Assembly: GCF_009834535.1 (NCBI RefSeq)
Contig: NC_045697.1
Coordinates: 118,856,001 to 118,920,000 of the forward strand
Direction of reading: 5' to 3'
Length of the DNA: 64,000 nucleotides
From: Camelus ferus
Lineage: Eukaryota
The notes under the pieces were generated by a model. That model was not told the origin of the DNA, ran no database searches, and saw only the letters and a program-made list of their open reading frames with translations. The position numbers and the translations under genes were made by a program. This document shows, in pieces, positions 40,516 to 53,235 of the stretch. Each line of letters begins with the position of its first letter. The first letter of the stretch is position 1.

Positions 40516-40726
40516 ATGGGCACGGGGGCGTGGCTCCCCGAAGGCCGAGGCCAGCCTGCGGCCCTCCTCTGGCTGCTGCTGCTGCTGCCGCCAACAGCCA
40601 CCCTAGAGCTGCGGGGGTCCTCCGCCAGGGCCTCGGTGGTGCCCGGCCGGGCCCCAGTCGCGGGGCGGCCGGAGGACGGCGGCGCTCTGACCCCTGACGC
40701 GCAGCCGTTGGCTCCGGGGGCCGCAG
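40516..40726 (+). CDS. PRSS47: PRSS47 exon 1 (signal peptide/pro region)
   Basis: ATG at 40516, MGTGAW...AALLWLLLLLPP signal peptide, CpG-rich, donor GCAG|GTAC at 40727 in phase 1. Confidence 0.75.
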
Positions 40727-41686
40727 GTACGTTGAGGCCTCAGTGCAGGGCTGGGTTGGGTTACACAGGAGGGCCTCAGGGGGGCGCGGCTGTGACCAGG
40801 GCCTGGGGGCCTCGTCTTCTGTTGCCCTTCCCTCCAGCCAGGCAGCCCAGAGATCACCTCAACACAGGTGGGTCAGAGGCCCCCACAGTGGGGTCTCTGG
40901 GTGGGAACCGACCCAGGAGCTTTGTGGGGCTGTGAACTGGGCAGGTAGCAGGGTCTGGCCCTGACAGACAGCTGGGAGGCTGTCTGGAAGGAAGCACCGG
41001 GACTGCTGAATAAGTGGCCCTTAGTGTGGGGCCCAGGGGTCTCACTTCCCTCCATGAGGCCCTGGGAGCACAGGCCCTGGACCGGCATCCCCACTCTCAG
41101 GGGGCCTGGGCACACCCCTGCCCTCCCAAGTGTGGGTCCTAAAGCCAGGGCTGTCTTCATTAGTCCACTCCCTCTTTAGAAATGGAGGATCCTGTCAGAG
41201 AGGGGGAGTGACTTTCCTCAGGTCACACAACACCACAGAGCTCTGCCTGTGAACCTATTTCCCTGAGATACTGGGATGACGTGGAGGGGGCACAAGCCCT
41301 TAGCAACCATGATTGTGAAAAAATAACATTGGCAGCTTCTGAGGCCTGCAGTTCTTGGCTCTGCAGAGCAGGCACTGAGGAGCGCTAAGTGAGGGAGTAA
41401 TGGCTGTGACAGCCCAGACCTTGGCAGGCTCACTCAGGGATGTCTGTCACCCTGGAGATGCTGCTGTCACCTGCTGTGGCTGCCCTTGTTCTCCCCACCC
41501 ACCCACCAGACCACTGAGCCCTCATCCCCACAGGGCTTGCTGGGTTGTGCTCTGCTGTCCAGTTCTCAGTGGCACCCTGTCATTTTGCTAGGCCTCTGGA
41601 CGCTTGGCCTTGGTTTTTCCCATCTATGAAGTGGACGGGGCCTCCCTGGCAGTGGCACCTGGGCACTACCTGTGTCTCTGTCATAG

Positions 41687-41870
41687 GAGGCAGGGGCGTC
41701 TCCACTGTATGCGGGAAACCCAAGGTGATAGGGAAGATCTACGGTGGCCGGGACGTGGTGGCAGGCCAGTGGCCATGGCAAGCCAGCCTGCTGTACCAGG
41801 GCACGCATGTCTGTGGAGCCACACTCATCAACTCCCGTTGGCTGGTTTCTGCTGCCCACTGCTTTCTCAA
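41687..41870 (+). CDS. PRSS47: PRSS47 exon 2 (activation site K|IYGG, catalytic His AAHC)
   Basis: Acceptor TCTGTCATAG; WPWQASL...[15 protein letters not shown]; donor AA|GTGAGT. Confidence 0.93.
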
Positions 41871-43305
41871 GTGAGTCCTCCTGCCTCGGCTGCCAGCAGA
41901 GGTGCTGGCTGGGGAGGGGGGTGCAGGAGAGAGGGAGAAAAGGGGTGATGGGTATCCCACAGCAGTCCTCTGGGCTTTTCTCTGGGGCGGTCTGTGGCCT
42001 TCAAACGCATGTCATCCCTGCCTTTGACCTGTGTACCCTCCACCTGGACTGTCCTCCTTGTTCACCTGTCTGATCCTCATGCTCTGCCCTCAGCCCTTGT
42101 GCCTGTCCCCTAACACAGATGTGACCCAGGAGAGTGGCAGTGTTGGTCCTGGCTGCCATGTGGTGTGGACCAACCTCAGACCAGAGCTTTTTCTCAGTGT
42201 CCCCACATTCCTGGGTGTCAGACTCTAGGCAGGAACTAGAACTGTGTGTATGGCCATCAGTTGGGCCATTCTGCTCACTTGTGCAAAACTGAGTTCCCAG
42301 GAGAAGCTGTGGTCACTGGTGTGAGCGGGGGGACCCCTGCTGCCAGGCTGCATAGGTGGGAGATGGGGCTCCCTGGGAGAGTGACATGACTGTGGAGGAG
42401 TCTAACTCACTGCCCCTCCTGGGCCTGGCCCAGTTCCCAGCTTCTGAACACATGAGGAGGGGTCTCCAGGGAGCAGGGGCATCACAGCCCAGGGCCAGGA
42501 GCTGGAGCTTTGAGAACCCAGAGTCCTGTCGGCACCTACTCTGTGCCACGCTGTATGCACACCCCTCTGTGGCATCAGGGGTGGTAAGACCCCACCTCAC
42601 CGTGTCTCTATCTTGTCCAAAGAGAAAGCCCAACCTGGGTAAGAAGAGCAGACCACATGGTGGGGGGGCAAGTGAGAAGCTCCGTGCTCCAGTGGGCGTG
42701 GAGAGGGAGGGGCTTGCTGGAGGGGGGGAGGGGGAGGGTGTCCGGGTGGATGAGCCATCCACTCAAGGTCAGGGAGGTGGGAAGTTTCACCACCCATACT
42801 CAGGGAACAAGGCAAGGTTCCATTCCCTGCACTCATTTGCTCATTTAACAGTCTTTTGTGAGCGCTTATAACTAGTGGATAAGCAGCCCTCGGGCAGGAA
42901 GATGCTTAAAGAGGGGTCGGGAAAGGTGCGGGGGCCAGAAGGTGGGCTGCAGGGAGCCTTGGGAAGGGTCAAGTTAGAGCTGGGACTGAACCAGAACTCC
43001 TCCTGTGTACAATCACAAGGCCTTCATTTGATGACCCCCCCTACCCCACCATCCAGCACTAGGATTCAATGCGCCTCCAATTCATGGGTGTGATGGAGAA
43101 GCCATATGCTGACATTGTAAGTAGAGTATCAATTAGCCTCAAGAAAGAAGGGCTCCTGACCATTAGAAATGGGGAGACAAAAGCTGCCTGGCATCATGGT
43201 GGGCAGAGGGGTCCAGAGGGGTGTGGGCAGTAAGATGAGGATACAGGGAAAGAGAGCTGGCTCACACTCAGAGATGATGGTGACTACGCCTCCTTCCTCC
43301 TCCAG

Positions 43306-43583
43306 AAAATCTCACGTCCTGGAGAACTACCGGGTTTTGTTAGGAAACACCCAGCTGTACCAGCACACCAGGCACACCCAGAAGATACCTGTGAGCCGGA
43401 TTATCATGTACCCAGACTTTGATAAATTTCATCCCTTTGGGAATGACATAGCCATGTTGCAGCTGCTCTTTCCTGTGAACTTCACCTCCTACATCATCCC
43501 CGCCTGCCTCCCAGCTCCTGGCATGCAGCTGCCCAGTAACTCGTCCTGCTGGATAACGGGCTGGGGGATGATCAGTGAGGAAA
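43306..43583 (+). CDS. PRSS47: PRSS47 exon 3 (catalytic Asp DIAML)
   Basis: Acceptor CCTCCTCCAG; NDIAMLQL..PACLP..CWITGWG; donor A|GTAAG. Confidence 0.93.
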
Positions 43584-45842
43584 GTAAGAGGGCACGGGAG
43601 AACCTGGAGGGTGGATGAGGGCAGGGAGGAGGGGCAGGGAGGGGAGGAGGACAGAGGGGTCCCCAGGCAAAGTGGCCGCTGGACCTTGGCTAGCTGTGCC
43701 TCATTTCCAGAGGACTGGGCTAGTCTAGTTCTAGTTCTGAAAGTGTGTGATCCTAAAGTTTCAGTGCTCCCTGAGTACAGATCTCCGCAAGTCTGGGAAT
43801 CTTTGACTTTTGGACTCAAGAATTGGGTTCTTGGAGTCTTTCTAAGGCTTGACTCCAGGATTTTAATCAACCATGGATGTCAGATGACTTGATTCAACTC
43901 AGACGTCATGGTTGGGGCCTGGTCCATTCCAGGCCACTGACAAATAACCCCATTTCCCATTGCCATGGGAGGAACTTGGGAAAAATGGAGAGAAAACACA
44001 TTTATGAACTCTGACCTCTGACCTTTGAGCCTGCAGGATCAAGTTAGAATAATTATGACTTGAGAGTGTTTGACCTCTCTGAGCTCACTGTGCTCTTCTC
44101 CCCACCAAGGTCAACTATCTACTTTGTAGGCTTATTCTGTGAACTGAATAATACGGGAAAAAGTTTGTGTTTTTTAGGATTGAAAAAGGAGAAGTGTAGG
44201 CAAAGACTTATGAGCAAAAGTCTTTATTAAAGAAATGAATGTTTATGGTTTGGGGAAATGCTTATGGTGCAAAATTAGGTGGAAGAAGCATATATATTTG
44301 TAATTATTTGGTACAGTGTTTCTCAGCAGAGGTGCTGCAGGCATTTTGGATGGACCCTATCTTCACTGGGTAGGATGCACCTGCTAGTGTGTCAGTTAGT
44401 CTCCCTGTCATAGGACAACCAGGTCCCCAGTATTCCCACACCCCACACACACACACACACACACAGAGGAATTACTCACACTGACACAACACACCACACT
44501 CACACCCGCAGATACACACACAGAGACTGCTTTCTCCTTGAGGGCAGGGACCCTGTCTTGCTGGTTTAATATCCCAGCCTGTGCCCAGGGCCTGGCCCCT
44601 GGCAGGTGCTCTGCTGCTGCACCCAGGTCCTGGAGCCCGTCACTTCTTGCCTGCACCTCCAGACCGGTCTCCCAGCTCCACCCTGTGTGCTCTGCTTTAG
44701 TCCCCACACAGCTGGATGTGTGCTTCAGAGCAGAGGTAGTGCCAGTCCCCTGCTCACTACCCTCAGTGCCTTCTCACTTATGCTTTGAAAAAAGTCCAGA
44801 TGCCCTACCTCGGCTCTGCATAACGGCCTCCATCCCTCTGTGCTTATCTCCTGCTGCGTCCCTCACTCATGCCTCCCCAGCCACCGGCCTCCTTCCTGCT
44901 GTGAATGTGCTGCACCCCCACCCGCCTCGGGCCGCCGGCCGCCATGGCTGAGCTCCCGGTCTTGCTTGCTCTGCCTGCTCTCCTGGGCACGACTTGCTCA
45001 TCTTGGCAGGTCTCATTTCTTTACATGAACAATTCAGCTCCTCCTCTGAGAAGTTTTACTGGATCACATGAGCTAAAACAGACAGCCCCTAACACCACGG
45101 CTCCCTGTTGCCTTTACACCACTTACTAGATCTAAAATCATTCTACTATTCACTTCACTTCCCTGTCTCCCCCAACTGAGTATGTTCCCTGTATCACTAG
45201 TGTCTAAAAGACACTAAACACAAGGACAGATGAATAAGTAAGTGAGCAGATGAGAGGATCGATTGGGGAGGGGAAGGATGAGTGAGGGGAAGGGAAGATG
45301 GGGGTGCGTAGGTGAGAGGATGGTGGGCAGACAGATGGGAGTGAGTGGACACATCAGTAGGTGGAGGGGAGAATGGAGAGATGGGTCAAAAGATGGGTGG
45401 ATGGGCAAATGGATGGAAGGGTGAGTGGGTGAATAGGACAAAAGGAGAGCTAGGTAGACGGAGGGAGGATTGGTGGGTGGAAGGAAACGTTAGTGATAGA
45501 CAAGTGGAGAATGGATGGGATGGTTTGTGAAAGGGCAGGTAGGCTGGTGGATGGTTGCTGAGCACCCGTGTAGGGTATGTGCCAGTGGGATTTGCGGAAT
45601 AATAGAGGTGTGGTCTGTTGCCATGAGAGAGGTGGAGGGAATAGGATGAGTTTGGAGGAGTTCAGCAAACAGGAGGGGGCTTCTTAGGCAGAGGTAGAAC
45701 TGGGACAGCGCTGCAGTGCAGCTGTGCCGAGACAACCCCGGGCTCGGGGCGCAGCGGCGAGCAGGGCAGAGGAGCGGGGAGCGCGGAGCGGCCCAGAGCT
45801 GAGCTGCAGTGCACTTCACTCGTGTCCTCCTCGTCCTTGCAG

Positions 45843-46009
45843 GGCCTCTGCTTGAGCCCTTCCGTCTCCAGGAGGGAAAGGTAGGCCTCATTGAGAACAA
45901 GTTCTGCAATATGTTATATGAACAAAGAGTTGGCCAAGGCAGGAACTACTCTGTGCACGATGAGATGCTGTGTGCTGGGGACTTCTCGACAGGAAAGGCC
46001 ATCTGCCGC
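45843..46009 (+). CDS. PRSS47: PRSS47 exon 4
   Basis: Acceptor TCCTTGCAG; LQEGKVGLIENKFC...DEMLCAG..GKAICR; donor |GTGAGT. Confidence 0.93.
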
Positions 46010-47395
46010 GTGAGTGAGGCCATTTCTGTTCCTCCCTTGTGTGTTTTCAGGGCCTCAGCTTCCTGAGGGGGGCAGGGGTGTTGCCTCTGCTCTCCTTGTG
46101 GAGACCCCTGGGATGTCCTGCTTCCTCCCTCTCTGTATCTTCCCGGGCTCCAGCCCTTGGCAGCGTCCCCCCAGCTGCCCCTTCCTAAGCCCATTGTCCC
46201 TGAGAGCCTTACTGGCAGGACCTCAGACAGCGTCTGTTTTTGAGGCATATTTTACAGTTTTGATTGAAGTGTAACATACTTACAAAAAAGTATATTCATA
46301 GTGTTTTCATAGGTGTGGGGTGGACGAATCTTCACATAGTGACACAACATGTGACCAACACCCCGGGGCCCCACTCGTGTCCCTTTCCCATCACCAGCAC
46401 TCAGGGGAAACCGCCACCTTCACTTGCAACCCCTCAGTTTAGATCATGGGTTTTCTGTAAGTAGAATTTATTTCCAGTTGTCAGTCTGTGGCCTCGCTTT
46501 CTGTGTGTGAGCTGCATCCCTGCTGCCGCCTGTAGTGAGTTTGTTCATCCTCGTCACCTCCCAGGACTCTGCTGGAGGCACTGAGTTCTGTGGTCCGTTC
46601 TGCTTTTGATGGGTATTCTAGCAGTTCCCAAGCTTTCTGTTTCATTTCGCTTCCAAATGTTTCATAGTCTATTTCATACAAGCCCATGAGGAGAACTGTT
46701 GGATTAAAAGGTATGTGTGTGTTCAGCTCTCGCAGATGCTACCAGACTCCCCCAAACTGCTCACCACACGCCCCCGTTCAAGTCGTGGGTGAGGCTCTGT
46801 GTCCTCGCCCACACTTGGCACTTTCCATCTTTTCTCATTTTGATGTCTTATTGTGGTTTTAATCTTCATTTTCCTGATGACAAATTAAATGTATTTTCGT
46901 ATGTTTATCGTCATTGGATCTCTTCTTCTGTAAAGCTTCCCTCCCAGTTCTTTCCCCTCTCATCTTCCTCTTGGGTTGTCTGTCTTTTCCTTGAGGGGCT
47001 CTTGGTATATTTGTATATTTTTCTATATTCCAGATATGAGGCCGCTGTTGGGTATATGGAGTGTGGAGCTCTCTTTCTGCTCTTTGTCGTGCCCCATGTT
47101 GTAAGTGGGCAGACAGGCCCGGAGAGGGAAAGCTGTACCCTAATATAAGGCAGTACAACCTGACTCCAAACCCACTGCCTCCCCCGCAGGGCCCAGCCTC
47201 CCAAGCAGACATCACATCTTTCACACAGATGGCACCGTGGGGTGGAGGGGAGAGTGTTGGGCTCGAGTTAGAGACACTGCTCTGCCACGTGTCCCTGCCC
47301 TGTGACCTCTGTTGGTCTTTTCACCCCCTGAGCCTGTGTCCTCATTTGCAGTGTGGGACTCTGAGGTCTCCTTCATGGCGTTGTGGAAAGGATGG

Positions 47396-47680
47396 TGTAG
47401 TGGGTTGGATAGTGTCCCCTAAATTTGTATCCACTTGGAATCTCAGAATATGACCTTAATTGGGAATAGAGGCTTTGCAGATGTGACTAGATAAGAATCT
47501 CAAGATGACACCATTCTGAATTTACCGTGGGCCCTGAATCCAATGACTTGTGTCCTTATAGGAACAGAGACAGACACAGAGATGCTCGATGTCAGACTTC
47601 TGGCTCCTGGAACCGTGAGGGGACACATTTCTGTTGTTTGCAGAGTCACTCAGTTTGGGGTGATATGCTGTGGCACCCCA
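47396..47680 (+). mobile_element. MLT1-like LTR fragment in PRSS47 intron 4
   Basis: TGTAGTGGGTTG..TAGTGTCCCC..GAATATGACCTT..TTTGCAGATGT..GGGCCCTGAATCCAATGAC. Confidence 0.75.
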
Positions 47681-49025
47681 GGAGACCTGCACGGGAGGGG
47701 TGAGGTGCGCCTGGCCCATGGGAGAGCCGCGCTGATGGCAGGTTCCATGACGGCCCAGTGAGCTGCTGAGCCCGAGGGGGGAAGCTTGGCCACCTGCCCC
47801 CTTGGTAGGAGGTGGACCCAGGTTTCCCGGTTCCCAGGCCCTAATCAATGGTGTGGACTTTCTGACTGTCTGGCCTGGCCCATCCTTCTCACAGAGTCAG
47901 CTGCACCCAGAGGTGAAACAAAGGGCTCAGCCCACATCCTCCCAAGTCCCCATCTGGCTGTCACTCTGGACCCCACTTCCAGCCTTGTTCTCCACCTGCC
48001 CTCCCCTGCAGAGGTCATGCCCATTGAGCACAGGGCTGGAGCCCTTTGCTTGCCCACTGGACATGCACAGTGCCCTTGACCTCTAGTCCCCCTCCCCCCA
48101 GCTTGAGGACACCACTGAGCTGGACACCCAGGAGTCCCAGCAGATGACCCCCTCCTGCCTCTCTCAGCCTTTCAGTCACCCAAGCCCATCTGAGAGATTC
48201 CATCTAGATTCATCTTCTGCCATGTCACCTGCTCTGGCCCCCACCCTCCAACAGGGGGCTCTCTTCTCTCCCCTAAAGTGTCCCTCCCCCTGCACAGGGC
48301 CCCCAGAAACAGGTCTGAGGAGAGAAGGGCCACAGGGGCACTCAGCACTCAGACTGTGGGGCAGGACAGACCTGGTTCCAGGCATTAATCTGTTGTTTAC
48401 GGGGATTGTGGCCTCAGCTCAGTTTCCTCACCCATGAAATGGGGTCGCTAACAGCCTCCACTTAATAAGGTTCCTATAACTATTTGAGAGCTGTGTCTGG
48501 CACTCAGTAGGTGCTTGACAAGTGCTGGCTTTCATTCTCCTGGCCTGGTCTGCCCACCTCTATCTTAATTGTACCTGTTCTGGGCCTGTCTTAGACCTTC
48601 CTCTCAAGGTGGATTCCACTGCCTGGCCCCACTCAACACACACGTGCAGGTGTGTCTGTGCATGCACACACACACACACACAGTTGGCTCTGTCTTTACA
48701 GCAGTGCAAACCACAGCTCACTTCTCATGGGAAATACTAGTGTTGGGGTTCCCTCTGCCTTCTGAGAGCTCCCTAAGGGCCAGGAGGCTATTGGAGCCCT
48801 TCTCATCTCCTCTAGACTGGCCCAGAACCCATCATAATATTGGCAACCACATGGCTCATCTGTGTGAATCCTCGAGGCCTGCAGTGGACAAGGACCAGGC
48901 CTTCTTCTGACCTTGAGCAACTAGGAGTGGGTACACGGTGGGGAGGCCGAGGGCACTCCAGGCAGGGACGACAGGGGGAGGAGCTGAGAGGATGACAACA
49001 CATTCCCTGTCTCCAAGGAGCCCCA

Positions 49026-49488
49026 TGTATGACTTCTTGGGGCTGCTGAGACAAACCACCTCAAAGTGGGTGGTTAAAATGACAGTAATTTGTTATCTTA
49101 GGTTTCTGGTGGTCAAAGGTCTAAAGCATAGGTGCTGGCCAGGCACGTTCCTTCTGGAGGCTCTAGGGGAGAATGTGTCCTTTCTTCTGGCTTTTTAGGG
49201 GCCGCCCACATTCCTTGGTTCATGGCCCCTTCCTCCAGCCTCAAAGCACATCGCTCCAAACTCTGCTTCTGTCATCACATCTCCTCATGTGACTCTGGAC
49301 TCCCACCTCCCTCCTTCCCCATGAGGACCCTTGGGACTACCTTGGGCCCACCCAGGTAATCCAAGATGAGCTTCCTACTTCAAGATGCCCAACCCCACCA
49401 CATCTGCAGAGTCCCTTTGCCACATAAGGTGACATAACCACAGGCTCTAGAGATGGGCATCTCTGAGGGTTATTTTCGGCTGGCCACG
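49026..49488 (-). mobile_element. MLT1-like LTR in PRSS47 intron 4
   Basis: CTTCTGGAGGCTCTAGGGGAGAAT, CACATTCCTTGG.TCATGGCCCC, CATCTGCAGAGTCCCTTTGCC motifs. Confidence 0.75.
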
Positions 49489-50635
49489 TGATGTACCCCT
49501 CTCTCTCCTTCAAGCCACCGCTTCCCCCACCCTCCCTCTCAGCTAGAGGTCTTGCTTCTTATTTCACTGAGAACATCAAAGCGAGCAGTCAGACGAGAGC
49601 CATCCACCTTCCCAGCCCCACAGCCCGCTCCCCGCATCTGCCAGTCTGGCCCATCCCTCTTCTCCTTGCCTGCACTTACCGGTCCCTCTGCTCCTGCATC
49701 AGACAGTAGGTTGTTTCCTGTTTAGAGTCTTAGCTCAGGAAGTCTTTGTGCCCCCACCCTGCCTGTCCTGTCCCTTCCATGGCTTATTTCTACACGTCAC
49801 ATCTGACCACAGCAGGCTAGCTGGCTTAGTGACAGAAGTGCCATGGGGGAGGGGGCTTGTCCTTTCACCCCCATGCCCAGGGGCAGAGGCTGCCCTGGAT
49901 GCTTGACGTGCGTGTGGACAGGTGAGCGGAAGAGCGGCAGGCATGGCTGTGGCCCCGCTCCACTCCCCCCATGCCCAAGGGTGAGACCCTCCCTTTGGGT
50001 GATGACATGAGAGGAATTTTCAACCAGATGGTCCTGCCCTGACAGTATTTTGGGACTCCAGTGATTCCCAGCAGATTTCTGGGGACCCCCTCCCACTCCC
50101 TGAGCAATGCAGGCTGCCCCCGCCAGGCCTGGGTGCGAGCATTTTCTGAGGCTGCTCAGAAAGAGCATCTCTCTTTTCTCTCAAGAGGTTGAGAGAAAGC
50201 CAAAGGCCTAAATGAATGAAAAGGGGGAGGATCCAGGTGGGGATGTGTTGCTGCAGGACAGGGTTTTGCAAGAACTGGGGTCTGAAGTGGCTTGACCTGA
50301 CCAGGCTCCACTCACAGACCAGTCCTCCTGGGCCCTGTTGGGGCAGCTGTCCCTTCTCGGCCTTGTCCTGGACCACAGTGGCCTCCCTGGGTGCAAGTGT
50401 CCACGTGTTGTAGATTTCAATCCACAGCCATCCTGGGGGTCAGTCAGAGCTTCCTGAAGTGTGATGCGAGCGCCTGCCTGCATGACTGTGGCTGCAGGGG
50501 GACACTGGTGTTTGGGACTTTCAAAGAGGTCCACCTCAGTGAACCTGGATGCCACACACTCATGAGCCCGGCCTTGCTACCTGGTCTTCTCAGCGCTGGC
50601 CCAGCCGCCCACACTGACTCCCCTCTCTTTCCTAG

Positions 50636-50954
50636 GGTGATTCCGGGGGACCCCTTGTCTGTGACCTCACCTGACGTCTGGGTTCTGGTGGGGCTGGCCA
50701 GCTGGGGCTTGGACTGCCGACATCCCATCTACCCCAGCGTCTTCACCAATGTCTCCTACTTCATTGACTGGATCGATGAGATCCAGAGGCTCACACCGCT
50801 CCCTGATACCATGTCTGCTCCTCCTCAGACCCAGTTTCCACACCAGCCTCTGCAAGCTGCTGGCTCACTGGGGCCTGGCACAGGCTTTGTGCCCCCACAG
50901 CCCTGGCCCCTGCTGCTGTTCCTGCTCCAGGCCCCGCGGCAGGCCCTGTGGTGA
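50636..50954 (+). CDS. PRSS47: PRSS47 exon 5 (catalytic Ser GDSGGP; frameshift ~50669; hydrophobic C-terminus in the shifted frame)
   Basis: Acceptor CTCTTTCCTAG; GDSGGPLVCDLT then TGA 50672-50674. The homologous PDVWVLVGLASWG...WPLLLFLL continues in another frame to TGA 50954. Confidence 0.85.
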
Positions 50955-51113
50955 CCCGCTAAGCCCCTCTGCTCCTTCCTTCTGTCTCAGACCCCAGTCT
51001 CCTTGCTGGAATTTTCCACCCCTCCCCTCCCCCAGCCCCATCAGCTTTCAGTGGATCCTTCTTGGCTTTCCAGTCCAACAGCTGCCACTCCCCAAACCAA
51101 GCCTGAAAAATCA

Positions 51114-51119
51114 AATAAA
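51114..51119 (+). other. Putative PRSS47 polyadenylation signal
   Basis: AATAAA ~160 nt after the stop codon. Confidence 0.55.
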
Positions 51120-51367
51120 AACAAATGAAAGACTTATCCTGCTCCTGTCTTTTGGCCCTGCTGCCCCCCCGATCCTCAGCACTCACCCCTTTCCCTTGAG
51201 GTCTGTTGTCTGGCTCCCTGGACAAAGAAGCAGGACTTGGCAGAGAGACTGTCCCAGGAGGAAGACAGGGGTGAGGATGCTGAAGGAGTTCAGCTGGGGA
51301 AGGAGAATGATGTGTTCATTTGCAGACTCCACTCCTACCATGGGAATGCACAGGCCTTCAGAGGAAG

Positions 51368-51757
51368 TGTATCAGTCAGCTCCAGCCACTATAACAAATA
51401 CCACGGGCAATGTGGCTTAAACAACAGGAATTTATCATCTCATAGTTCTGGATGGGGCCCAGAAGTCTGAGATTAAGGTGCAGGCAGGGATGATTCCCCC
51501 TGAGGCCTCGCTCCTTGGCTTATAGACAGTCATCTTCCCCCGTGTCCTCACATCATTTTCCCTCTGTGCATATCTGTGTCCAAATTACCCCCTTTTATAA
51601 GGACACCAGTCATAATGGATTAGGGCCCACCCAAGCGACCTCATTTTAACTCAGTTATCTCTTTAAAAGCTCTACTCCAAATAAAGTCACATTCTGAAGT
51701 ACTGGGGGTTAGGACTTCAGAATATGAATTTAGGGGGACACAATTCAGCCCATAACA
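51368..51757 (-). mobile_element. MLT1-like solo LTR with 5-bp TSD
   Basis: TG...CA termini flanked by GGAAG (51363-51367 and 51758-51762). Confidence 0.85.
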
Positions 51758-52374
51758 GGAAGTTGGACATTTTGCCAGGTGACTACAGTGCAGGGGAGTA
51801 ACAGCTTTCTCACAGTAAAGAAACATTACCCCTGGTGTTTAGCAAAGGTAAGAACAACTGCCCTGTGGAGGTAGAGGGAGATTCCCAGGGTGCAGGACCA
51901 CTGAGCTGGACTGGAGTGCGTGACCCGGCCCGTGAGGAAGAGGGCTCCACCCTGCAGCGTAGAGGGCTCTTGAATGGAAGGGGTCTGGGAGACGGCGTGG
52001 GAACAGACAGCGGAGGCCCAAGGCCAGGCTGTGAGCTGGGGTTCAGGCTGGCAGTCCTCAGACCTCTGCTCCTAGAGTTGACTCCTAGCACCTTCCTCAC
52101 CTGCCCTCATGGCCCTGCTCTCCCCTGTCTGAAGGGGCCCAACTCACTGCCCACCTTCCTAGCTCCCAGCCCCACCTGACCCTTCTCCCTTCTGTCCAAG
52201 GAACCAAGTCATCCTCCCCCAAGTTGTTCACACACCTCCAGGAGTTGGAGCCTCATTTCTCCTTTTCTACTTAGCTGACTCAGAACTTAGCAACCTGGCA
52301 ATAAGCCTTGAAGCAATGTTCTCATTCTCCCTGCCCATCTGCCTGACACACAGTCCTTGTGCAGCCAGAAGGAT

Positions 52375-53203
52375 CCCAGATGAACACCTGTATGGCAATT
52401 AAAAAAAACTGGACAACTTAGAAGAAATGGACAAGTTTCTAGAAACAAACTGTCCACCAAAACTGAACCAAGGACATATAGATCATTTGAACAGACTGAT
52501 CACTAGAAGTGAAATAGAATCAACAATAAAACACCTCCCTGCAAACAAAAGTCCAGGACCAGATGGCTTCACTGGGGAATTTTAACAAACATACCAAGAA
52601 GAGCTCATACCAATCCTTCCCAAACTCTTCCAAAAGGTTGAAAAGGAGGGAATGCTTCCAAGCTCATTCTGTGAAGCCACCATCACCCTGACACCAAAGC
52701 CAGACCAAGACACTACCTAAAAAGAAAGCTATAGGCCAATATCATTGATGTACATAGATGCAGAAATCCTCAATGAAAAATTAGCAAACAGAATCCAACA
52801 ACACACAAAGAAGGTCATACACCATGATCAAGTTGGGTGCATCCCCGGGACACAAGGATAGTTCAAAATACGCGAATGAATCAATGTGAACACCACAGAG
52901 AAAGGACAAAAATCACATGAGCATCTCAATAGGTGCAGAAAAGCCATTTGATAAAATTGAACACCCACTTATGATTAAAAAACTAACCAAAGTGGGTATA
53001 GAGGGAACATATCTCAACATAATGAAAGCTATTCATGACAAACCTACTGCCAGCATAACACTCCATGGTGAAAAGCTGAACGCCTTCCTGCTAACATCTG
53101 GAAGAAGACAAGGATGCCCACTCTCACCACTTCTATTCAATATAGTATTGCAAGTCCTGGCCACAGCAATTAGACAAAAAAATAAAAAAATAAAAATAAA
53201 TAA

Positions 53204-53235
<32 letters not shown>

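Larger units (their letters stand above)
40516..50954 (+). pseudogene. PRSS47: Serine protease 47 gene, five coding exons, with a +1 frameshift in the last exon (recent pseudogene or sequence error)
   Basis: Spliced product matches recalled human PRSS47 ([56 protein letters not shown]). All introns are GT-AG with matching phases 1,2,1,0. Confidence 0.8.
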
